From: Smithella sp.
GTDB taxonomy: Bacteria; Desulfobacterota; Syntrophia; Syntrophales; Smithellaceae
Length of the DNA: 64,000 nucleotides
Direction: 5' to 3'
Assembly (NCBI GenBank): GCA_035350895.1
Contig: DAOPVC010000001.1
Span: 2,304 to 66,303 of the forward strand
Shown one piece after another: positions 1 through 12,535 of this stretch. Positions within the stretch are counted from its first letter, which is position 1, and each line of letters begins with the position of its first letter. The position numbers were made by a program, and so were the translations under genes. The notes beneath the pieces are model-generated. The model was not told the origin of the DNA and searched no databases. It saw only the letters and a list, made by a program, of their open reading frames with translations.

Positions 1-1
1 A

Positions 2-484
2 AAGAAACTCAAAGAAGCTAATTTAGGTATTCTGACCAGTTTTAACGGGATGAATGTCGAAAAAATGGAAGCTTTGAGAAATGAGTTGCGCAAGTCCGAT
101 GCCGAGTGGAAAGTTGTGAAGAATACTCTTTTGAGAATTGCTTCCGACGGCACCGATTTCAGCATACTTGCCGATCATTTCAAGTGGCCCGTCGCCGTTG
201 TGCTCAGTTATAAAGACCCGGTGGCGCCGGCCAAGGCTCTGATTGATTTCGCCAAAAAAAATCCCGAACTGGAAATCAAGGTCGGCGTACTGGATAAGAA
301 GCTTTTAACCAGAAACGATCTTAATGTTCTGGCGGAATTACCCGGGAAAGATGTTCTTTTGGGCAAACTGGTTTCGGTCATGGCGGCGGTGCCGACATCG
401 TTCGTAACCGTCTTAAGCGGTGTGCCGAGAAGTTTTGTGCAAGTGCTTAACGCTTATTGCGACAAGAAAAAATCTTTAAACTAA
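2..484 (+). CDS. rplJ: 50S ribosomal protein L10, 5' end cut by window edge
   Basis: The frame of ORF 50..484 stays open back to base 2 (KKLKEANLGILTSFNG then MNVEKMEALRNELRKS). The sequence is L10-like and sits directly upstream of L7/L12. Confidence 0.9.
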   Translation, partial: KKLKEANLGILTSFNGMNVEKMEALRNELRKSDAEWKVVKNTLLRIASDGTDFSILADHFKWPVAVVLSYKDPVAPAKALIDFAKKNPELEIKVGVLDKKLLTRNDLNVLAELPGKDVLLGKLVSVMAAVPTSFVTVLSGVPRSFVQVLNAYCDKKKSLN

Positions 485-509
485 TCAAACATACAGAAAG
501 GAATAAAAA

Positions 510-899
510 ATGTCAGATAAAATTACGAAAGATGATGTGGTCAAGTTTATTGAAGGAATGACGGTATTGGAGCTTTCCGCTCTGGTCAAAGAATTGGAAG
601 AGAAATTCGGCGTGTCCGCCGCCGCTCCGATGATGGCTGCTGTTGCCGCTCCGGGTGCCGCCGCTGCCGCTGCTCCGGCTGAAGAGAAAACCGAATTTGA
701 TGCTATTTTAACCGGTTTCGGTGCTGAAAAGATTCAGGTCATCAAGGTTGTTCGCGCTATCACCAATCTGGGATTGAAAGAAGCCAAGGATTTGGTTGAG
801 GGTGTTCCCAAGCCCATTAAAGAAGGTGTTTCCAAAGATGAAGCCGCTGATATCAAGAAGAAAATCGAAGAAGTGGGCGGTACCGTCGAGATTAAATAA
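510..899 (+). CDS. rplL: 50S ribosomal protein L7/L12
   Basis: Ala-rich hinge ([16 protein letters not shown]) and C-terminal [20 protein letters not shown] motif. 129 aa. Confidence 0.97.
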   Translation: MSDKITKDDVVKFIEGMTVLELSALVKELEEKFGVSAAAPMMAAVAAPGAAAAAAPAEEKTEFDAILTGFGAEKIQVIKVVRAITNLGLKEAKDLVEGVPKPIKEGVSKDEAADIKKKIEEVGGTVEIK

Positions 900-939
900 C
901 GCGATCTCAATCATATAAATTTATTTTTTTAAGGATGCT

Positions 940-3900
940 ATGGGAGACTTTAGAAAAAATTTTGGTCAGGTAAAAAAGATACTGGATATTCCCAATCTGA
1001 TTGACATTCAGACTCAATCTTACGAGAAATTTCTCCAGAAGGACATCGTGCCCGTAAAACGGAGTAATTTCGGTTTGCAGGGTGCGTTTAAAAGCGTTTT
1101 CCCCATTTCCGATTTCAGCGGGAAATGTTCTCTGGAATTTGTGAGTTATAAGCTGGGTGACATCCGGTATGACGTAAAGGAATGTGTCCAGAAAGGAATG
1201 ACCTATGCGGCGCCTTTGAAGATTGTGGTTCGTCTGGTCGTTTTTGAAGCTGACCGTCCTGCCGAGAGCAAAGGCAATGGAGAAGCGGCGGAAACGAAGC
1301 AGATTCGCGATATCAAAGAGCAGGAAGTTTACTTCGGTGAGATTCCTCTGATGACGGAAAACGGTACGTTCATCATTAACGGGACTGAACGGGTGATCGT
1401 TAATCAGCTGCATCGCTCGCCGGGTATCTTTTTTGATCATGACAAAGGCAAGATTGTTGCCAGCGGCAAGTTGATTTATTCCGCGAGAGTCATTCCCATC
1501 AGAGGTTCCTGGCTGGATCTGGAGTTTGATTCCAAGGACATTCTTTACGTGAGAATTGACCGGCGTAGAAAAATGCCGGTGACCATCCTGCTGAAGGCGC
1601 TGGGCAATTCCACGGAGTTTATTCTGAATTATTTTTATAATGTCAACACAGTGACCCATGACAATAAAAAGGTTTATTTTACGGTTGATGATTCTCTGGT
1701 TGGAAAGAAAGCGCCCGAAGACATCAAGGATGCCAAAAGTTCCGAAGTGATTGTCAAGAAGGGAAGAAAGCTGACCAAACCGCTGATCAAGAGAGTCATT
1801 GATTCCGGAATTAAGCGGATTGCCATTAACGAAACTGAGCTTGTCGGGAAAATTCCTTCCCAGGATGTTCGCGATCCGGAAACGGGCGATATCGTATTCC
1901 GCTGCAATGAAGAAATGCCGGCGAATTGTCTCGAAACGATCAGAGAGAAGAACATTAAAGAATTTAAGATTATCCATATTGATGAAGACATGGATAACGC
2001 TTCTATCCGGGATACGCTGCTGCTGGATAAAATTGACACGACTGAAGACGCCATCATGGAAATATACCGCCGTTTGCGTCCCAGCAATCCTCCCACGCCG
2101 GAAACAGCGGATAAATTCTTCAAGAGTCTTTTCTTTGAACCGGAGACTTATGATTTGTCAAATGTCGGCCGCGCCAAGATGAATTATAAATTACACATGA
2201 ATGTGCCGACCGATACGACGGTGTTGAGCAATGATGACATTCTGTCGGCGGTTAAATATCTGATCGATTTGAAAAACGGTGTCGGTGACTGTAGTGTTGA
2301 CGACATCGATCATTTGGGCAATCGCCGGGTGCGATCGGTCGGTGAGCTCATTGAAAATCAGTATCGCATCGGCCTGGTGCGTATGGAGCGGGCTATCAAG
2401 GAAAAAATGAGCCTGCAGGACATTGAAACCATGATGCCGCATGATTTGATTAACGCGAAGCCGGTTTCCGCAGTCGTGAATGAATTTTTCAATTCCAGCC
2501 AGCTTTCCCAGTTTATGGATCAGACCAACCCTCTGTCTGAAATCACACATAAAAGAAGATTATCGGCATTGGGCCCCGGCGGCCTGACGAGGGAGCGAGC
2601 GGGATTCGAAGTTCGTGACGTTCACCCCACGCATTACGGCCGGATTTGTCCGATTGAAACGCCGGAAGGTCCGAACATCGGATTGATCGTGTCGTTGAGC
2701 ACCTATGCCAGAGTGAATGAATTCGGTTTTATTGAAACACCTTACCGAAAAGTGGAGAGCGGTCGGGTTTCCGATGATGTAAATTTCGTGACGGCCATCG
2801 AGGAGGAAAATCAGATTATTGCTTCGGCGGATCGCCCGCTCGGTAAAAACGGCAAGTTTGCCGAAGAATTAATATCGGTTAGAAAAGGCGGCAGTTATAT
2901 TTCGGTGGAACCGGAAGAAATCAGACTGATGGATGTGTCCCCCACTCAGTTGGTAAGCGTTGCCGCAGCGTTGATTCCCTTCCTGGAACATGATGACGCG
3001 AACCGCGCGTTGATGGGATCCAATATGCAGAGACAGGCGGTTCCCCTGATGAGTCCGGAGGTTCCGGTTGTCGGCACCGGCATTGAATCTGTTGTTGCCC
3101 GTGATTCCGGAGCCGTGGTTGTGGCCAGAAGAGCGGGTGTCGTGGAAAGTGTGGATGCCTCGCGCATTATCGTTCGGGCTGATCGCATGGAGGACGACGG
3201 TATCGACAGCGGTGTCGATATTTACAATCTGGCAAAATACCAGCGATCCAATCAGGATACCTGTTTCAATCAAAAGCCGATTATCAGCACAGGTCAGCGG
3301 GTCGGCAAAAAAGATATTCTGGCGGATGGGCCGGCGATTGATAACGGTGAACTGGCGCTGGGCAGAAATGTCATGGTGGCCTTCATGTCCTGGGGCGGTT
3401 ACAACTATGAGGACTCCATCCTGGTCAGTGAAAGAGTGGTCAAGGACGATATCTTCACGTCAATTCATATCGAAGAATTTGAAACGATGTCCCGCGATAC
3501 CAAACTGGGCAAAGAGGAGATTACGCGCGATATTCCCAATGTCGGTGAAGAAGTGCTCAAGAATCTGGATGAAAGCGGTATCGTTTGCATTGGTGTTTCG
3601 GTAAAACCAGGCGATATCCTGGTCGGTAAAATTACGCCTAAAGGTGAAACGCAGCTATCGGCTGAAGAAAAACTTCTGCGCGCGATCTTCGGAGAGAAAG
3701 CCAGTGATGTCAGAGATACGTCGCTTCGTGTTCCTCCCGGTGTGGAAGGAACAGTTGTTGACGCAAAAATTTTCACCAGAAAAGGCGCGGAGAGCGATCT
3801 GCGTTCGCAGGCTATCGAAGCCGAAGCCATTGAGCAGATTACAAAAGACCGGGACGATGAAATCCGTATTCTGACGGAAACCATCAAGAAAGACATAACC

Positions 3901-5070
3901 AAACTGGTGATTGGCAAGACGGCGGCCACAAAGATTGTTGATGGCAAAAAGAAAACGATCCTGAAAAAAGGCGATAAAATCACGAAGGAAATCTGGAATG
4001 ATTTGCCTTACGCCAGCTGGAAGGATATTACCATTGCCGAGGACGACGGATCAGAGGAAAAGATTTCCAACCTGATTGCCTCTCTGGAACGGAAAATTGA
4101 TTTTGTCAACGCTCATTTTGAAGAGAAAATGGAGAAAATTAAGGCGAGTGACGAGCTTCCGCCCGGTGTGATCAAAATGGTTAAAGTTTATATCGCCATC
4201 AAGAGACGGCTTTCCGTGGGTGATAAAATGGCCGGTCGTCACGGCAACAAAGGCGTTTTATCCCGCATCCTGCCGGAAGAAGATATGCCGTATTTTGCCG
4301 ATGGATCCACGGTGGATATCGTCCTGAATCCACTGGGCGTTCCTTCGCGAATGAATGTCGGCCAGATTCTGGAAACTCATCTGGGATGGGCGGCAAAATC
4401 AATCGGCGAAAATTTGAATGAATTGCTGGAACAGCATAACCTCGGCCTGAATAATATTAAAAACGAATTGAAAAAATCTTATTCTTCACCGGAATTCGAC
4501 AAATTTGTTGATCAGGCCTCGTCTGAAGACATCAAGAGATTTGTCAGTCGCTTGAAGAAAGGGATGCTGGTGGCCAGTCCGGTCTTTGATGGTTGCCCCG
4601 AAGATCAAATCAGGGAAATGTTAAGAAAAACCGATTTGCCGGAAACGGGTCAGTCGATTCTGTTTGACGGTCGAACCGGGGAACCGTTTGATCAGGAAGT
4701 GACGGTGGGCATCATTTATATGATGAAACTGCATCATTTGGTCGACAACAAGATCCATGCGCGTTCCATCGGTCCGTATTCCCTGGTGACGCAGCAACCC
4801 TTGGGCGGCAAGGCTCAATTCGGCGGTCAGCGACTGGGCGAAATGGAAGTCTGGGCCATGGAAGCTTACGGCGCCGCATATGCTTTGCAGGAATTTCTGA
4901 CCGTCAAGTCCGATGATGTGGCGGGAAGAACCAGGATTTACGAATCCATTGTCAAAGGTGAACATAATTTTGAATCGGGCCTGCCGGAATCCTTTAACGT
5001 GCTGGTGAAGGAACTTCAGGGGCTTGGATTGGATGTGGAATTAATAGAAGAGGCGGATGGTTTGAACTAG
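940..5070 (+). CDS. rpoB: DNA-directed RNA polymerase subunit beta
   Basis: 1376 aa. Contains the Rif-region sequence [34 protein letters not shown] and [15 protein letters not shown] near the C-terminus. Confidence 0.98.
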   Translation: MGDFRKNFGQVKKILDIPNLIDIQTQSYEKFLQKDIVPVKRSNFGLQGAFKSVFPISDFSGKCSLEFVSYKLGDIRYDVKECVQKGMTYAAPLKIVVRLVVFEADRPAESKGNGEAAETKQIRDIKEQEVYFGEIPLMTENGTFIINGTERVIVNQLHRSPGIFFDHDKGKIVASGKLIYSARVIPIRGSWLDLEFDSKDILYVRIDRRRKMPVTILLKALGNSTEFILNYFYNVNTVTHDNKKVYFTVDDSLVGKKAPEDIKDAKSSEVIVKKGRKLTKPLIKRVIDSGIKRIAINETELVGKIPSQDVRDPETGDIVFRCNEEMPANCLETIREKNIKEFKIIHIDEDMDNASIRDTLLLDKIDTTEDAIMEIYRRLRPSNPPTPETADKFFKSLFFEPETYDLSNVGRAKMNYKLHMNVPTDTTVLSNDDILSAVKYLIDLKNGVGDCSVDDIDHLGNRRVRSVGELIENQYRIGLVRMERAIKEKMSLQDIETMMPHDLINAKPVSAVVNEFFNSSQLSQFMDQTNPLSEITHKRRLSALGPGGLTRERAGFEVRDVHPTHYGRICPIETPEGPNIGLIVSLSTYARVNEFGFIETPYRKVESGRVSDDVNFVTAIEEENQIIASADRPLGKNGKFAEELISVRKGGSYISVEPEEIRLMDVSPTQLVSVAAALIPFLEHDDANRALMGSNMQRQAVPLMSPEVPVVGTGIESVVARDSGAVVVARRAGVVESVDASRIIVRADRMEDDGIDSGVDIYNLAKYQRSNQDTCFNQKPIISTGQRVGKKDILADGPAIDNGELALGRNVMVAFMSWGGYNYEDSILVSERVVKDDIFTSIHIEEFETMSRDTKLGKEEITRDIPNVGEEVLKNLDESGIVCIGVSVKPGDILVGKITPKGETQLSAEEKLLRAIFGEKASDVRDTSLRVPPGVEGTVVDAKIFTRKGAESDLRSQAIEAEAIEQITKDRDDEIRILTETIKKDITKLVIGKTAATKIVDGKKKTILKKGDKITKEIWNDLPYASWKDITIAEDDGSEEKISNLIASLERKIDFVNAHFEEKMEKIKASDELPPGVIKMVKVYIAIKRRLSVGDKMAGRHGNKGVLSRILPEEDMPYFADGSTVDIVLNPLGVPSRMNVGQILETHLGWAAKSIGENLNELLEQHNLGLNNIKNELKKSYSSPEFDKFVDQASSEDIKRFVSRLKKGMLVASPVFDGCPEDQIREMLRKTDLPETGQSILFDGRTGEPFDQEVTVGIIYMMKLHHLVDNKIHARSIGPYSLVTQQPLGGKAQFGGQRLGEMEVWAMEAYGAAYALQEFLTVKSDDVAGRTRIYESIVKGEHNFESGLPESFNVLVKELQGLGLDVELIEEADGLN

Positions 5071-5152
5071 CCGGTGAAATCATTACGGTCAAAAGCTCAA
5101 CCATGCCGCTCAACAATTTCACATAGTTTTTTTAAAGTACAGGAGAAAATCT

Positions 5153-8100
5153 GTGGAAGACGTTTTTAGCTATTTCGAAAAACCGAAAAATTCAGTCAAA
5201 TTTAACGCGATGAAAATTTCCATTGCTTCGCCGGAAAAGATTCTGTCCTGGTCGCATGGCGAAGTGAAAAAACCGGAAACCATCAATTATCGCACGTTTA
5301 AACCGGAAAAGGACGGTCTATTCTGCGCAAAGATTTTCGGTCCGGTCAAGGATTATGAATGTCTTTGCGGACGGTATAAGAGAATGAAGCATCGCGGCGT
5401 CGTCTGCGAAAAATGCGGCGTTGAAGTCATTCAGTCCAAGGTTCGCCGCGAACGCATGGGGCATATTACGCTGGCTACGCCGGTGGCTCACATCTGGTTT
5501 TTGAAAAGTCTTCCCAGCCGTATCGGCAATGCCGTGGACTTGTCGCTCAAAGAGCTGGAAAAAGTCCTTTATTTTGAATCATGGATTGTTCTCGATCCTA
5601 AGAATACGCCGTTAAAGAAAAAAGATCTGCTCAATGATGAAGAGTATGAAGATGCCAGAGAGCAGTATGGGAATGACGGTTTTGTTGCGGGAATTGGCGC
5701 CGAAGCTATCCGGCAGTTGCTGGAAGAAATTGATCTGGAAAAACTTTACGAAGAACTTCGTTCTGAAATTGTCACCTCCGTTTCCGACACCAAGAAAAAG
5801 AAACTGGTGAAGAGATTAAAAGTCGTCGAAGCGCTCCGTAAATCCGGTAATAAGGCCGAATGGATGATTCTCACGGTGCTTCCGGTTATTCCGCCTGATC
5901 TGCGTCCTTTGGTCCCGCTGGACGGAGGCCGTTTTGCCACATCGGATTTAAATGATTTGTATCGAAGGGTGATTAACCGGAATAACCGTCTGAAGAGGCT
6001 TCAGGAACTCAACGCCCCGGAAATCATCATCCGTAACGAGAAGCGCATGCTCCAGGAAGCGGTGGACGTCCTGTTTGACAACGGACGCCGCGGCCGGGCG
6101 ATTACCGGAACGAACAAGAGACCTCTGCGCTCCCTGTCGGATATGCTCAAGGGCAAACAGGGGCGCTTCCGCCAGAATCTGCTGGGGAAGCGAGTTGATT
6201 ATTCCGGACGTTCGGTTGTTACGGTCGGTCCGGATTTGAGGCTGCATCAGTGCGGTTTGCCCAAGAAAATGGCCATCGAATTGTTCAAGCCGTTTATTTA
6301 TAATCGTCTGCTGGAAAAGGGATATGTCACCACGGTCAAGAGCGCCAAGAAAATGGTCGAAAAAGAATCGGCGGAAGTCTGGGATGCGCTCGATGAAGTC
6401 GTGCGCGAATATCCGGTTATTCTGAATCGCGCACCCACGCTGCATCGTCTGGGCATTCAGGCCTTTGAACCGGTGTTGATTGAAGGCAAGGCCATTCAGC
6501 TTCATCCGTTGGTCTGCACCGCTTTCAACGCGGACTTTGACGGTGACCAGATGGCTGTGCATATTCCGCTGTCCATTGAAGCGCAGACGGAAGCCCGTGT
6601 TCTGATGATGTCCACCAATAATATTCTTTCACCGGCCAACGGCAGTCCGATTATCATTCCCAGCCAGGATATCGTTCTGGGTATTTACTACCTGACCCGG
6701 GCGAAAACCGGGGTCAAAGGTGAAGGCATGATTTTCGCCGGTCCGGATGAGGTGCGCTGCGCCGTTGATTCCGGGGCCATTGACTTGCATGCACGGATTA
6801 AGGTGCGCATTAATTCCGAAATAAAAGAAACGACAGCCGGACGAATCATTCTTTCTGAAATCGTTCCGGAGGAAATCAGTTTTGATAATATCAACAAGCT
6901 GATGAATAAAAAGGAACTGACCAGTCTGATCGATCATTGTTATCGTTCGTGCGGTGATAAAACCACCATTATCCTGGCTGATAAACTTAAGGATTTGGGA
7001 TTTAAATACGCCACGATTTCCGGTCTTTCCTTTGCTGTGGGCAATATGATCATTCCGGAGCAAAAGAAAAAAATTGTTTTGCAAGCCGATAAAGATGTTT
7101 TAAAGATTCAAAGACAGTATATGGACGGTTTGATTACGGACGGCGAGCGTTACAACAAGGTGGTTGATATCTGGGCGCAGGCGACCGAAAAAATAGCTTC
7201 CGAAATGCTCAAAGGCATCAGCACGGAAGAAGTGGGCGCCGCTGACGGCAAAAAACGCAGAATTGAAAGTTTCAATCCTATTTACATGATGGCGGATTCC
7301 GGCGCCCGCGGTTCCGGACAGCAGCTCAGACAGCTGGCCGGTATGCGCGGTCTGATGGCCAAGCCCTCCGGTGAAATTATTGAAACGCCGATTACGGCTA
7401 ATTTCCGCGAAGGCCTGACGGTCTTGCAGTACTTTATTTCGACGCACGGCGCCCGCAAAGGTTTGGCTGATACCGCGTTGAAGACAGCCAATTCCGGTTA
7501 CCTGACCCGAAGGCTGGTGGATGTGGCGCAGGATTGCATTATCACCGAGCATGATTGCGAAACCGTTGATGGCGTATACGTTTCCGCGCTGATGGAAGGC
7601 GGTGAAATTATCGAAACCGCCGGCGAGCGCGTGCTGGGAAGGGTGGCCCTGCAGGAAATCAAGGACCCGTTCAGCGGTGAAGTTATCGTCAAAACCAATC
7701 AGGAAATTGATGAAACGCTCGCTGAAAAAATAGATAATGCCGGTATTGAAAGAGTAAACATCAGATCGGTTCTGACCTGTCGTTCCAAACACGGCGTTTG
7801 CGCCATGTGTTACGGACGCGATCTGGCTCACGGCCATCTGGTCAATATCGGTGAAGCGGTCGGTATTGTTGCGGCTCAGTCCATCGGCGAACCGGGAACG
7901 CAGCTGACCATGAGAACGTTCCATATCGGCGGTACGGCGAAATTCGATGAACATTCCACCCTTGAAGCCCGCCATGACGGCATCGTTAAATTCGTCAACT
8001 TGAACACCGTCAAAACCAGAGAAGGCGATCTGGTCGTGATGAAGCGCAACGGCGAAGTGCATGTTCTGGATGAGCAGAAACATGTACGGGGAAAATACGT

Positions 8101-9247
8101 CCTGTCTTATGGGGCACATCTGAAAGTGACCGATAACAGTTCGGTCAAGAAGGGACAGTTGATTGCCGAATGGGATCCCTTCTCCATACCGATTCTGGCG
8201 GAAGTTGACGGAACGATAAAGTTTGACGATATTATCGAAGGAAAAACCATGCAGGAACAGGTCGATGAGGTTACCGGCCTTTCCCGCAAAATCATCGTGG
8301 AATTCAAGGGCGGAGATTTGAGGCCACGCGTGTCAATCAAGGACAGCAAGGGTAAAACGGCCAAGCTGACCGATTCGAATGCCGTTGCCCGTTATCTTTT
8401 GTCCGTTGGTGTAAACCTTGTGGTTTCCGAAGGAGATGAGGTCAAGGCCGGAGATATTCTGGCTAAGATTCCGCGCGAAACAACCAAAACAAAAGATATT
8501 ACGGGTGGCTTGCCCCGTGTGGCTGAACTTTTTGAAGCCCGCAAGCCCAAAGATTTTGCGGTGATCAGCGAAATCAGCGGTGTTGTGTCTTACGGCAAGG
8601 ATGCCAAAGGAAAACGCAAGATCATTGTTACACCGGAAATCGGTGAAGAAAAGGAGTATCTGATTCCTAAAGGTAAGCATATCAGCGTGCAGGAAGGAGA
8701 TGTTGTCATCCCGGGCGATGCATTGATGTCCGGCGTCAATAATCCCCACGATCTCCTTTCCATCAAGGGCGAGAAAGAACTGGCCCGGTATCTGGTTGAC
8801 GAGGTCCAGGAAGTTTACCGTCTGCAGGGTGTGAAGATTAATGACAAACATATGGAAGTCATCGTTCGCCAGATGCTCAGAAGAGTCAAGGTGCTTGATC
8901 CGGGCGATACGGCATTTATTGCCGATGAAAAGATCGAGCGTTACCGCTTCCAGGAAGAGAACGAAAAAGTTATCGCTCAGGGCGGCCGTCCGGCTATCGG
9001 TGAACCCATGTTGCTGGGAATTACCAAGGCGTCGCTTTCCACCCAGAGCTTTATTTCCGCTGCCTCATTCCAGGAAACCACCAAGGTGCTTACGGAAGCG
9101 GCTCTTTCCGGTAAAACCGATTATTTAAGAGGCCTTAAAGAAAACGTGATTATGGGCCGGTTGATCACCGCTGGAACCGGTCTGGTGATGTATCGAAAAC
9201 TGGGAATCAAGCAGGAGAATGAGGAAATCGAAGCGTTGGCAGAATAA
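5153..9247 (+). CDS. rpoC: DNA-directed RNA polymerase subunit beta'
   Basis: 1364 aa with a GTG start. Has zinc-binding [23 protein letters not shown] and the catalytic [12 protein letters not shown] motif. Confidence 0.98.
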   Translation: MEDVFSYFEKPKNSVKFNAMKISIASPEKILSWSHGEVKKPETINYRTFKPEKDGLFCAKIFGPVKDYECLCGRYKRMKHRGVVCEKCGVEVIQSKVRRERMGHITLATPVAHIWFLKSLPSRIGNAVDLSLKELEKVLYFESWIVLDPKNTPLKKKDLLNDEEYEDAREQYGNDGFVAGIGAEAIRQLLEEIDLEKLYEELRSEIVTSVSDTKKKKLVKRLKVVEALRKSGNKAEWMILTVLPVIPPDLRPLVPLDGGRFATSDLNDLYRRVINRNNRLKRLQELNAPEIIIRNEKRMLQEAVDVLFDNGRRGRAITGTNKRPLRSLSDMLKGKQGRFRQNLLGKRVDYSGRSVVTVGPDLRLHQCGLPKKMAIELFKPFIYNRLLEKGYVTTVKSAKKMVEKESAEVWDALDEVVREYPVILNRAPTLHRLGIQAFEPVLIEGKAIQLHPLVCTAFNADFDGDQMAVHIPLSIEAQTEARVLMMSTNNILSPANGSPIIIPSQDIVLGIYYLTRAKTGVKGEGMIFAGPDEVRCAVDSGAIDLHARIKVRINSEIKETTAGRIILSEIVPEEISFDNINKLMNKKELTSLIDHCYRSCGDKTTIILADKLKDLGFKYATISGLSFAVGNMIIPEQKKKIVLQADKDVLKIQRQYMDGLITDGERYNKVVDIWAQATEKIASEMLKGISTEEVGAADGKKRRIESFNPIYMMADSGARGSGQQLRQLAGMRGLMAKPSGEIIETPITANFREGLTVLQYFISTHGARKGLADTALKTANSGYLTRRLVDVAQDCIITEHDCETVDGVYVSALMEGGEIIETAGERVLGRVALQEIKDPFSGEVIVKTNQEIDETLAEKIDNAGIERVNIRSVLTCRSKHGVCAMCYGRDLAHGHLVNIGEAVGIVAAQSIGEPGTQLTMRTFHIGGTAKFDEHSTLEARHDGIVKFVNLNTVKTREGDLVVMKRNGEVHVLDEQKHVRGKYVLSYGAHLKVTDNSSVKKGQLIAEWDPFSIPILAEVDGTIKFDDIIEGKTMQEQVDEVTGLSRKIIVEFKGGDLRPRVSIKDSKGKTAKLTDSNAVARYLLSVGVNLVVSEGDEVKAGDILAKIPRETTKTKDITGGLPRVAELFEARKPKDFAVISEISGVVSYGKDAKGKRKIIVTPEIGEEKEYLIPKGKHISVQEGDVVIPGDALMSGVNNPHDLLSIKGEKELARYLVDEVQEVYRLQGVKINDKHMEVIVRQMLRRVKVLDPGDTAFIADEKIERYRFQEENEKVIAQGGRPAIGEPMLLGITKASLSTQSFISAASFQETTKVLTEAALSGKTDYLRGLKENVIMGRLITAGTGLVMYRKLGIKQENEEIEALAE

Positions 9248-9357
9248 TTTAAAATATCGACAGAAAACGCTTGACATATATAAATTGAACTGGTACGTAC
9301 CACCGGTTCGCTGCCGGAAAGAATAAAATAAAAGCAGCGATTTGTTTTAGGAGGAAA

Positions 9358-9729
9358 ATGCCGACAATTAGTCAACTGGTTCGCAAAGGCAGAACGAAAA
9401 TTAAAAGAAAAACAAATTCACCGGCGTTGGTCGGTTCGCCGCAGCGTCGTGGTGTTTGTGTCAGGGTGTACACAACGACACCGAAAAAGCCGAATTCAGC
9501 TTTGCGCAAAGTGGCCAGAGTTCGCCTCACCAGCGGATATGAAGTGACTTCATACATACCGGGAATCGGTCATAATCTGCAGGAGCATTCTGTGGTTCTG
9601 GTGCGTGGAGGAAGAGTCAAGGATTTGCCTGGAGTCAGATATCATGTGATCCGAGGTACGCTTGATACGGTCGGAGTTCAGGACCGCAAACAGGGTAGAT
9701 CAAAGTACGGTGCGAAAAAGCCAAGTTAA
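9358..9729 (+). CDS. rpsL: 30S ribosomal protein S12
   Basis: [12 protein letters not shown] start and [16 protein letters not shown] motif. AGGAGG lies upstream. Confidence 0.98.
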   Translation: MPTISQLVRKGRTKIKRKTNSPALVGSPQRRGVCVRVYTTTPKKPNSALRKVARVRLTSGYEVTSYIPGIGHNLQEHSVVLVRGGRVKDLPGVRYHVIRGTLDTVGVQDRKQGRSKYGAKKPS

Positions 9730-9742
9730 ACGGAGACTGTAA

Positions 9743-10213
9743 ATGCCGAGAAGACGGGAAATTGAAAAAAGAGATATTTTGCCCGATCCCAAGTTTAATA
9801 ATAAACTGGTAGCAAAATTTATTAATTCATTGTTGAAAAGAGGCAAAAAGAGCGTTGCGGAAAGTATCCTTTACGGTGCTTTTGACATCATTGAAAAGAG
9901 AGTCAAAGAGCAGCCGGTAGAATTTTTTGAAAAGGCGGTTAACAACGTCAAGCCGGTCATTGAAGTCAAATCAAGACGTGTCGGCGGCTCCACGTATCAG
10001 GTGCCAACGGAAGTCGTTCCGTCCAGGCGCACCGCGCTGGCGATTCGCTGGCTGATATCCAACGCACAGGAGCGGACGGAAAAAACCATGCGTGAAAAAT
10101 TGGCTGCGGAGTTGATTGACGCCGCTAACAACCGGGGTGGAGCGATTAAGAAAAAAGAAGCTGTGCACAAGATGGCCGAGGCGAACAAAGCCTTTGCTCA
10201 TTATAAATTTTAA
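9743..10213 (+). CDS. rpsG: 30S ribosomal protein S7
   Basis: [18 protein letters not shown] start, 156 aa, follows rpsL. Confidence 0.97.
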   Translation: MPRRREIEKRDILPDPKFNNKLVAKFINSLLKRGKKSVAESILYGAFDIIEKRVKEQPVEFFEKAVNNVKPVIEVKSRRVGGSTYQVPTEVVPSRRTALAIRWLISNAQERTEKTMREKLAAELIDAANNRGGAIKKKEAVHKMAEANKAFAHYKF

Positions 10214-10268
10214 ATCATAATTAAACGATAAGGAAACCAACCATTCAAAGTTAAGGAGGAAAGGTGAG

Positions 10269-11462
10269 ATGGCAAAGAAAAAATTTGAAAGGACTAAGCC
10301 GCATTTAAATATAGGAACAATCGGTCACGTGGATCATGGCAAGACCACGTTAACAGCCGCAATTACCAAATATCTGGCGAAAAAAGGTTTCGCGGAATTC
10401 CGCGCCTTCGACTCTATTGATAATGCTCCGGAAGAAAAAGAGCGCGGCGTTACCATCAATATTTCTCATGTGGAATACGAAACGGAAAAAAGACATTATG
10501 CTCATGTGGATTGCCCCGGCCATGCCGACTATATCAAAAATATGATCTCCGGCGCCGCCCATATGGACGGAACCATTCTGGTTGTTGCCGCCTCCGATGG
10601 TCCGATGCCTCAGACCCGTGAACATATCCTCCTTGCCCGTCAGGTGCAGGTTCCTTACGTTGTCGTTTATCTTAATAAAGTTGATCTGGTTGATGATCCC
10701 GAACTGCTGGATTTGGTTGAGCTCGAATTAAGAGAGCTTTTGACACAGTATGAATTCCCCGGTGACACGATTCCCATCATTCGCGGTTCGGCTCTGAAAG
10801 CTCTGGAAGCCGAAGATGTCAATTCTCCCGATGTGAAAAGCATTGCTGAACTGATGGACGCTGTGGACAATTATATTCCCGAACCGAAACGCGATACCGA
10901 TAAACCCTTCCTGATGCCGGTGGGCGACGTTTTCACCATTTCCGGCCGTGGAACGGTTGTGACCGGAAGAGTGGACCGCGGTATTATCAAGGTCGGTGAG
11001 GAAGTTGAAATTATCGGAATCCGGCCGACCATCAAGACGGTTGTGACCGGCGTGGAAATGTTCCGTAAAACCCTGGATGAAGGCCGTGCCGGTGATGATG
11101 TCGGCTTGTTGATTCGCGGTATCAAGAGGGAGGAAGTGGAAAGAGGACAGGTTGTGGCCAAACCGGCATCCATTACTCCGCATACCAAATTTGAAGCGGC
11201 TGTTTACGTTCTGACCAAGGAAGAAGGTGGCCGTCACACGCCATTCTTCTCCGGTTATCGTCCCCAGTTCTATTTCCGCACAACGGACGTGACGGGCGTT
11301 GCAACGCTTCCCGAAGGCGTGGAAATGGTGATGCCCGGTGATAACGTGAAGATGACCATTGAGTTGATTACTCCGATTGCGATGGAAGAGCAGTTGAGAT
11401 TCGCTATTCGCGAAGGCGGCAGGACAGTTGGTGCTGGTGTCGTAAGCAAAGTCATTGAATAG
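10269..11462 (+). CDS. tuf: Elongation factor Tu
   Basis: 397 aa with [18 protein letters not shown] and NKVD GTPase motifs. AAGGAGG lies upstream. Confidence 0.98.
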   Translation: MAKKKFERTKPHLNIGTIGHVDHGKTTLTAAITKYLAKKGFAEFRAFDSIDNAPEEKERGVTINISHVEYETEKRHYAHVDCPGHADYIKNMISGAAHMDGTILVVAASDGPMPQTREHILLARQVQVPYVVVYLNKVDLVDDPELLDLVELELRELLTQYEFPGDTIPIIRGSALKALEAEDVNSPDVKSIAELMDAVDNYIPEPKRDTDKPFLMPVGDVFTISGRGTVVTGRVDRGIIKVGEEVEIIGIRPTIKTVVTGVEMFRKTLDEGRAGDDVGLLIRGIKREEVERGQVVAKPASITPHTKFEAAVYVLTKEEGGRHTPFFSGYRPQFYFRTTDVTGVATLPEGVEMVMPGDNVKMTIELITPIAMEEQLRFAIREGGRTVGAGVVSKVIE

Positions 11463-11482
11463 GGAATAGGTTTATTTTACCG

Positions 11483-11791
11483 ATGAAAGAACAAAAGATT
11501 AGAATTCGTCTCAAAGCTTACGACTATAAACTGTTGGATCGTTCCGTAGAGGAAATCGTGGAAACAGCTAAAAAGACCGGTGCGCGTGTTGCCGGCCCCA
11601 TTCCCATTCCTACGGAAATCAACAAGTACTGCGTGAATCGCTCACCGCATGTGGACAAAAAATCTCGCGAGCAGTTTGAAATCAGAACACACAAAAGGTT
11701 GGTTGATATCGTCGGGCCTACTCAAGCCACAGTGGACGCTTTGATGAAACAGGATCTTTCCGCCGGGGTTGATGTGGAAATAAAAGCGTAG
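11483..11791 (+). CDS. rpsJ: 30S ribosomal protein S10
   Basis: [17 protein letters not shown] start, 102 aa. Confidence 0.97.
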   Translation: MKEQKIRIRLKAYDYKLLDRSVEEIVETAKKTGARVAGPIPIPTEINKYCVNRSPHVDKKSREQFEIRTHKRLVDIVGPTQATVDALMKQDLSAGVDVEIKA

Positions 11792-11809
11792 GCGTGCTTT
11801 TTAATTCTT

Positions 11810-11845
11810 GAAAGATGGCACTGAGAACTGCCATCTTTCATTTTT
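11810..11845 (+). terminator. Intrinsic-terminator-like hairpin (possible attenuator) between rpsJ and rplC
   Basis: Perfect 11-bp stem GAAAGATGGCA (11810..11820) pairing with TGCCATCTTTC (11829..11839). The loop is 8 nt and the stem is followed by ATTTTTG. Confidence 0.6.
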
Positions 11846-11879
11846 GAAGTTTCTATTACTAAAAAAGTTGGAATATCAG

Positions 11880-12506
11880 ATGAGCAAGGGAATTATAGGT
11901 AAAAAATTAGGAATGACCCAGGTTTTCGCGGAGGATGGCTCGGCGGTAGGCGTTACGGCCATTGAAGTTGAACCGTCGGTTGTTTTGCAGGTGAAAACAA
12001 AGGATAAAGACGGTTATGATGCCGTTCAGCTTGGCTACGGCCGTGTTAAACAGAAAAATGTTGCCAAGCCTCTGCAGGGTCACTTTAACAAGGCCAACAA
12101 AGGCTTCTTCCGTTTTGTCAGAGAATTTGCCGTGCAATCTGAAACATACGATGTGGGGCAGGAAATTACAGCCGACATATTCAAAATGGGCGATTACGTT
12201 GATGTTGTAGGGACGTCGAAAGGAAAAGGGTTTCAGGGCGTTGTTAAAAGACACGGCTTCGGCGGCGGCAGGGCTACTCACGGGTCCATGTTCCATCGCG
12301 CACCGGGTTCCATTGGCGCCAGCGCTGATCCCTCCCGTGTTTTTAAAGGAACAAAAATGGGTGGTCAGATGGGTAATGTTCGTAAAACCACTCAGAATTT
12401 ACAGGTGTGGCAGGTTCGTTCCGACAGAAATTTACTGCTGTTGAAAGGGGCTGTCCCCGGCAGCAGAAACGGTTTTGTATTAATTAAGAAAGCTAAGAAA
12501 AAATAG
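11880..12506 (+). CDS. rplC: 50S ribosomal protein L3
   Basis: The canonical N-terminus [16 protein letters not shown] begins at ATG 11880. The track ORF from TTG 11808 runs through the hairpin and is probably an artefactual extension. Confidence 0.93.
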   Translation: MSKGIIGKKLGMTQVFAEDGSAVGVTAIEVEPSVVLQVKTKDKDGYDAVQLGYGRVKQKNVAKPLQGHFNKANKGFFRFVREFAVQSETYDVGQEITADIFKMGDYVDVVGTSKGKGFQGVVKRHGFGGGRATHGSMFHRAPGSIGASADPSRVFKGTKMGGQMGNVRKTTQNLQVWQVRSDRNLLLLKGAVPGSRNGFVLIKKAKKK

Positions 12507-12535
12507 CTATTTAAGGTGCATCTGGAGTTATAAAC

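Noticed and set aside
907-1977. Long antisense ORFs opposite highly conserved genes. Examples: 907..1977 opposite rpoB, 7100..8119 opposite rpoC, 34092..34808 opposite the response regulator, 45090..46613 (507 aa) opposite the OYE-type reductase, 51789..52517, and 62267..63136 opposite mrcA.
   Set aside because: Each is fully embedded in a confidently identified gene on the other strand. Their translations are low-complexity and show no recognisable motifs. They are typical shadow ORFs produced by codon bias.
11816-11832. TGGCAC...CTGC inside the rpsJ-rplC hairpin, as a sigma-54 (-24/-12) promoter.
   Set aside because: The GG-to-GC spacing is one nucleotide off consensus and the -12 element is CTGC rather than TTGC. 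The bases are better explained as hairpin arms.
11808-11879. N-terminal extension of rplC from TTG 11808 ([24 protein letters not shown]).
   Set aside because: The extension is encoded by the terminator-like hairpin itself. The canonical L3 N-terminus [14 protein letters not shown] starts at ATG 11880.
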